Source of the DNA: Candidatus Poribacteria bacterium
Lineage (GTDB): Bacteria > Poribacteria > WGA-4E > WGA-3G
Assembly: GCA_022819945.1 (NCBI GenBank)
Contig: JAJEGI010000103.1
Location: 41,821-105,820, forward strand
DNA length: 64,000 nt
Direction: 5' to 3'
A program made the position numbers and the translations under genes. Position 1 is the stretch's first letter. The number at the start of each line of letters is the position of its first letter. This document shows positions 62,034 to 64,000 of this stretch, in pieces. Under the pieces are notes generated by a model. It worked only from the letters and a program-made list of their open reading frames with translations, did not search any database and was not told where the DNA came from.

Positions 62034-63503
62034 ATGATTTTGCAGATTGCGAAAAAAGAGATCCATCACAATCTCACGACGCTCCGGTTCGCTTTGATGA
62101 TAATTCTGCTACCCCTTCTGATGATAGCGAACGCGTTGATATACGGCTATGGTAATGATGGATATATAACACAGGTCAATGCTTACAATAGGCAAATAGA
62201 AAAAAAGTTAGCTCACGTTGAAAGGTATGCCACCCAGAGTTTAGGGGAGTTGGCGGTGATAGGCCCCGGCGATATGCCGAAACGTCCGAGTCCTCTGAAA
62301 TTCTGCGCCAATGGGTCTGATGAAGTGATACCGCGTTCTGTCATCATGCAGGAGTACGGTGCTGCCAGTCGCAGTTCCCGTTCTGGTAATTTTGAAGCTT
62401 ATGCGTGGAAGGGACCTTGGACATTAAGGTATCCGTTGAATAGTTTTGATGAAGGAGGCGCGACCCATCGGGTCAAAATAGACTGGGTTTTCATCGGTAT
62501 GCTGATGAGTTTTTTCGCAATTTTATTCACCTTTGATGCCATCGCTGGGGAACGGTCGCGGGGTACGCTAAGCCTCATAATGTCCAACACGGTCTCGCGC
62601 GGCCAGGTGTTGTTGGGAAAATATCTCGGTGCGTTTTTGACGCTCATGGCACCACTCGTAATTGGCATCCTAATGAATCTGCTGCTTGTTCAGCTCTCTG
62701 GGAGTCTCTCCTTTGATTCGGGAACCTCTCTCAGAATTCTCGGAATGGTCGGGCTTTTTGGGCTACTCGTTTCCATCTTTATTTTTCTTGGACTCTTTTT
62801 TTCAAGTCGCGTTTCAAACCCGATTACGAGCTTAGTATGGCTCTTACTCACTTGGGTTTTCCTCGCGTTCGTCTTTCCGAACCTACTCGGGATCTTTGTC
62901 GGCAACCTGAATCCAATTCCATCGATTGACGAGGTCTCATTGCGGAGAAAGGCACAATTGGAGCAAAGTAGCGATCAATTCCAGCCTTTCGGCGCGAGTG
63001 CTGAACCGCTATCAAGTAAGTTGAACCAAGCACCCTCCACTGAAAATCCATCAGCGACCCGACGGTGGGCAACATACTTTACAACACAGAAAGGAATAGA
63101 AACAGAAAGTATTGATAAACACATCGATCAGCAGTTTCAGCAGGTACAGCTCGCCCGCGATCTCACCCAAATCTCACCAATAGCGACTTTCCAATACGCG
63201 ATGGAAGGGCTTGCGAATACAGGTATTGTGAGTTATATGAATTTTGTCAAACAGGCGCGCCGGTATCGCCAGACGTTCATAGACTTCATCAAAACGGAAG
63301 ATCAGAGCGATACGGAGAGTTTACATATCTATCCTGTAAAAGAGGGGTTGTCTCAGAAGCCGGTGGATCCGGACGCTGTGCCGGTTTTTGAGGAGCGGAT
63401 CTCTTACCGAAGTGTGTTAGCCCAGGTCGGTTTGCTGGTGCTGTTTAATCTACTATCCTTTATTATGGCGCAAGTCTCTTTTCTGATGACTGAGATTAAG
63501 TAA
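62034..63503 (+). CDS. ABC-2-type permease with large extracytoplasmic loop
   Basis: MILQIAKKEIHHNLTTLRF plus TM1, a long loop, then five C-terminal TM helices (FDAIAGERSRGTLSLIMSN motif shared with 60346..61884). Confidence 0.75.
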   Translation: MILQIAKKEIHHNLTTLRFALMIILLPLLMIANALIYGYGNDGYITQVNAYNRQIEKKLAHVERYATQSLGELAVIGPGDMPKRPSPLKFCANGSDEVIPRSVIMQEYGAASRSSRSGNFEAYAWKGPWTLRYPLNSFDEGGATHRVKIDWVFIGMLMSFFAILFTFDAIAGERSRGTLSLIMSNTVSRGQVLLGKYLGAFLTLMAPLVIGILMNLLLVQLSGSLSFDSGTSLRILGMVGLFGLLVSIFIFLGLFFSSRVSNPITSLVWLLLTWVFLAFVFPNLLGIFVGNLNPIPSIDEVSLRRKAQLEQSSDQFQPFGASAEPLSSKLNQAPSTENPSATRRWATYFTTQKGIETESIDKHIDQQFQQVQLARDLTQISPIATFQYAMEGLANTGIVSYMNFVKQARRYRQTFIDFIKTEDQSDTESLHIYPVKEGLSQKPVDPDAVPVFEERISYRSVLAQVGLLVLFNLLSFIMAQVSFLMTEIK

Positions 63504-63610
63504 CGTGAGTTCGATAAAAGATTTGAGTATCAGCGTAGTGTTCTGTCACGTTTGAAATGATGGGTAGAAAATATGTATTTCATTTATGGATTTTCATATC
63601 CACACATCTC

Positions 63611-63692
63611 TTGTTGTCGGAGCGAGTGTTTTTGCTTGGGTATTTCTTGTTGCTCGCGATCTTTGTTGTAGGAGCGAGCTGTGCTCGCGATC
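63611..63692. repeat. two tandem REP-like units TTGTTGTNGGAGCGAG...CTCGCGATC
   Basis: Unit 2 (63662-63692) contains the hairpin gcgagc-tgt-gctcgc. Unit 1 has a longer spacer between the arms. Confidence 0.6.
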
Positions 63693-63924
63693 TCTATATA
63701 CCAAAATACACCCACCGGTCAATTGTCTAATATCTTGAAAAAGTGGATTCCCTTAAAACGCTATTTATAGTAAAATCCCAAAGTAAGTTTACCCTTGTAG
63801 CATAGGAGACTGGACTGCCATCGGGACACAAAACTTCACAGCTCACACGACAATACGAGTGTATAGGTAATTTCGGAATCTACTATAATAGCATACAGTT
63901 AGAGAAAGTAGGAAAGGAGCGGGT

Positions 63925-64000
63925 ATGGCAAATCTTTGGTTCGTTATCCAACGAGAATTCGTCTCAAATGTGTTGACATCCCGATTCATGATTGGGTTTA
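63925..64000 (+). CDS. ABC-2-type permease, paralog of 60346..61884, 3'-partial
   Basis: RBS AGGAAAGGAG. MANLWFVIQREFVSNVLTSRFMIGF runs off the window. Confidence 0.7.
   Translation, partial: MANLWFVIQREFVSNVLTSRFMIGF

Noticed and set aside
1-64000. Scan for CRISPR arrays, tRNA, rRNA, tmRNA and RNase P-like conserved boxes.
   Set aside because: There is no regularly spaced 25-40-nt direct-repeat array. By eye there are no GTTCGAATC-type T-loop contexts and no conserved rRNA, tmRNA or RNase P boxes. A covariance-model scan would be needed to be definitive.

Overview
64-kb stretch of a bacterial chromosome, about 50% GC by eye. It probably comes from an uncultured lineage with PVC/FCB-like gene content: a PSCyt1-type CxxCH domain, an FGE-sulfatase domain, an ECF sigma-WD40 fusion, a C25 peptidase with a T9SS-like C-terminal sorting domain, and many WD40/TPR proteins. 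I call about 45 protein-coding genes and saw no rRNA, tRNA or CRISPR array.

Ordinary content:
- quinone oxidoreductase
- a peptidoglycan-recycling cluster (AnmK, NamZ, beta-lactamase-like hydrolase)
- PMI-cupin and PGI
- an NtrY/NtrC-type sigma-54 two-component pair followed by a GspG-like pseudopilin and a prepilin peptidase
- a Rieske/cytochrome b pair
- enolase-superfamily, Gfo/Idh/MocA, amidohydrolase and nitroreductase enzymes
- a DUF1111 di-haem protein

Accessory content:
- a solo TnpB (IS200/IS605-type) element with LE/RE hairpins
- an AT-rich methyltransferase plus putative endonuclease pair
- several families of short dispersed repeats

Three candidates for something undescribed:
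1. 15.6-22.4 kb: an ECF sigma gene followed by a tandemly duplicated cassette. Each copy has a conserved leader of roughly 270-330 bp with a 63-codon frame, an N-terminally anchored protein with a GHxHxDxxWH..HETE motif, and a secreted protein ending in a shared Cys/His-rich module. One copy also carries LAS/M15 zinc-peptidase motifs and a GspC-like gene.
2. 53.0-58.4 kb: an ECF sigma factor fused, with no transmembrane segment, to an M61-peptidase/PDZ body in which all four gluzincin catalytic residues are substituted. An intact, translationally coupled paralog follows. A shared ECF-type promoter motif links this locus to two others in the window.
3. 48.5-52.9 kb: a roughly 950-bp AT-rich region with no ORF in the provided track, containing a perfect 14-bp hairpin and strong promoters. 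It precedes an 1130-aa orphan protein with a degenerate primase-polymerase-like N-terminus and a C-terminal winged helix.

All functional calls come from motifs read by eye. No database search was run.
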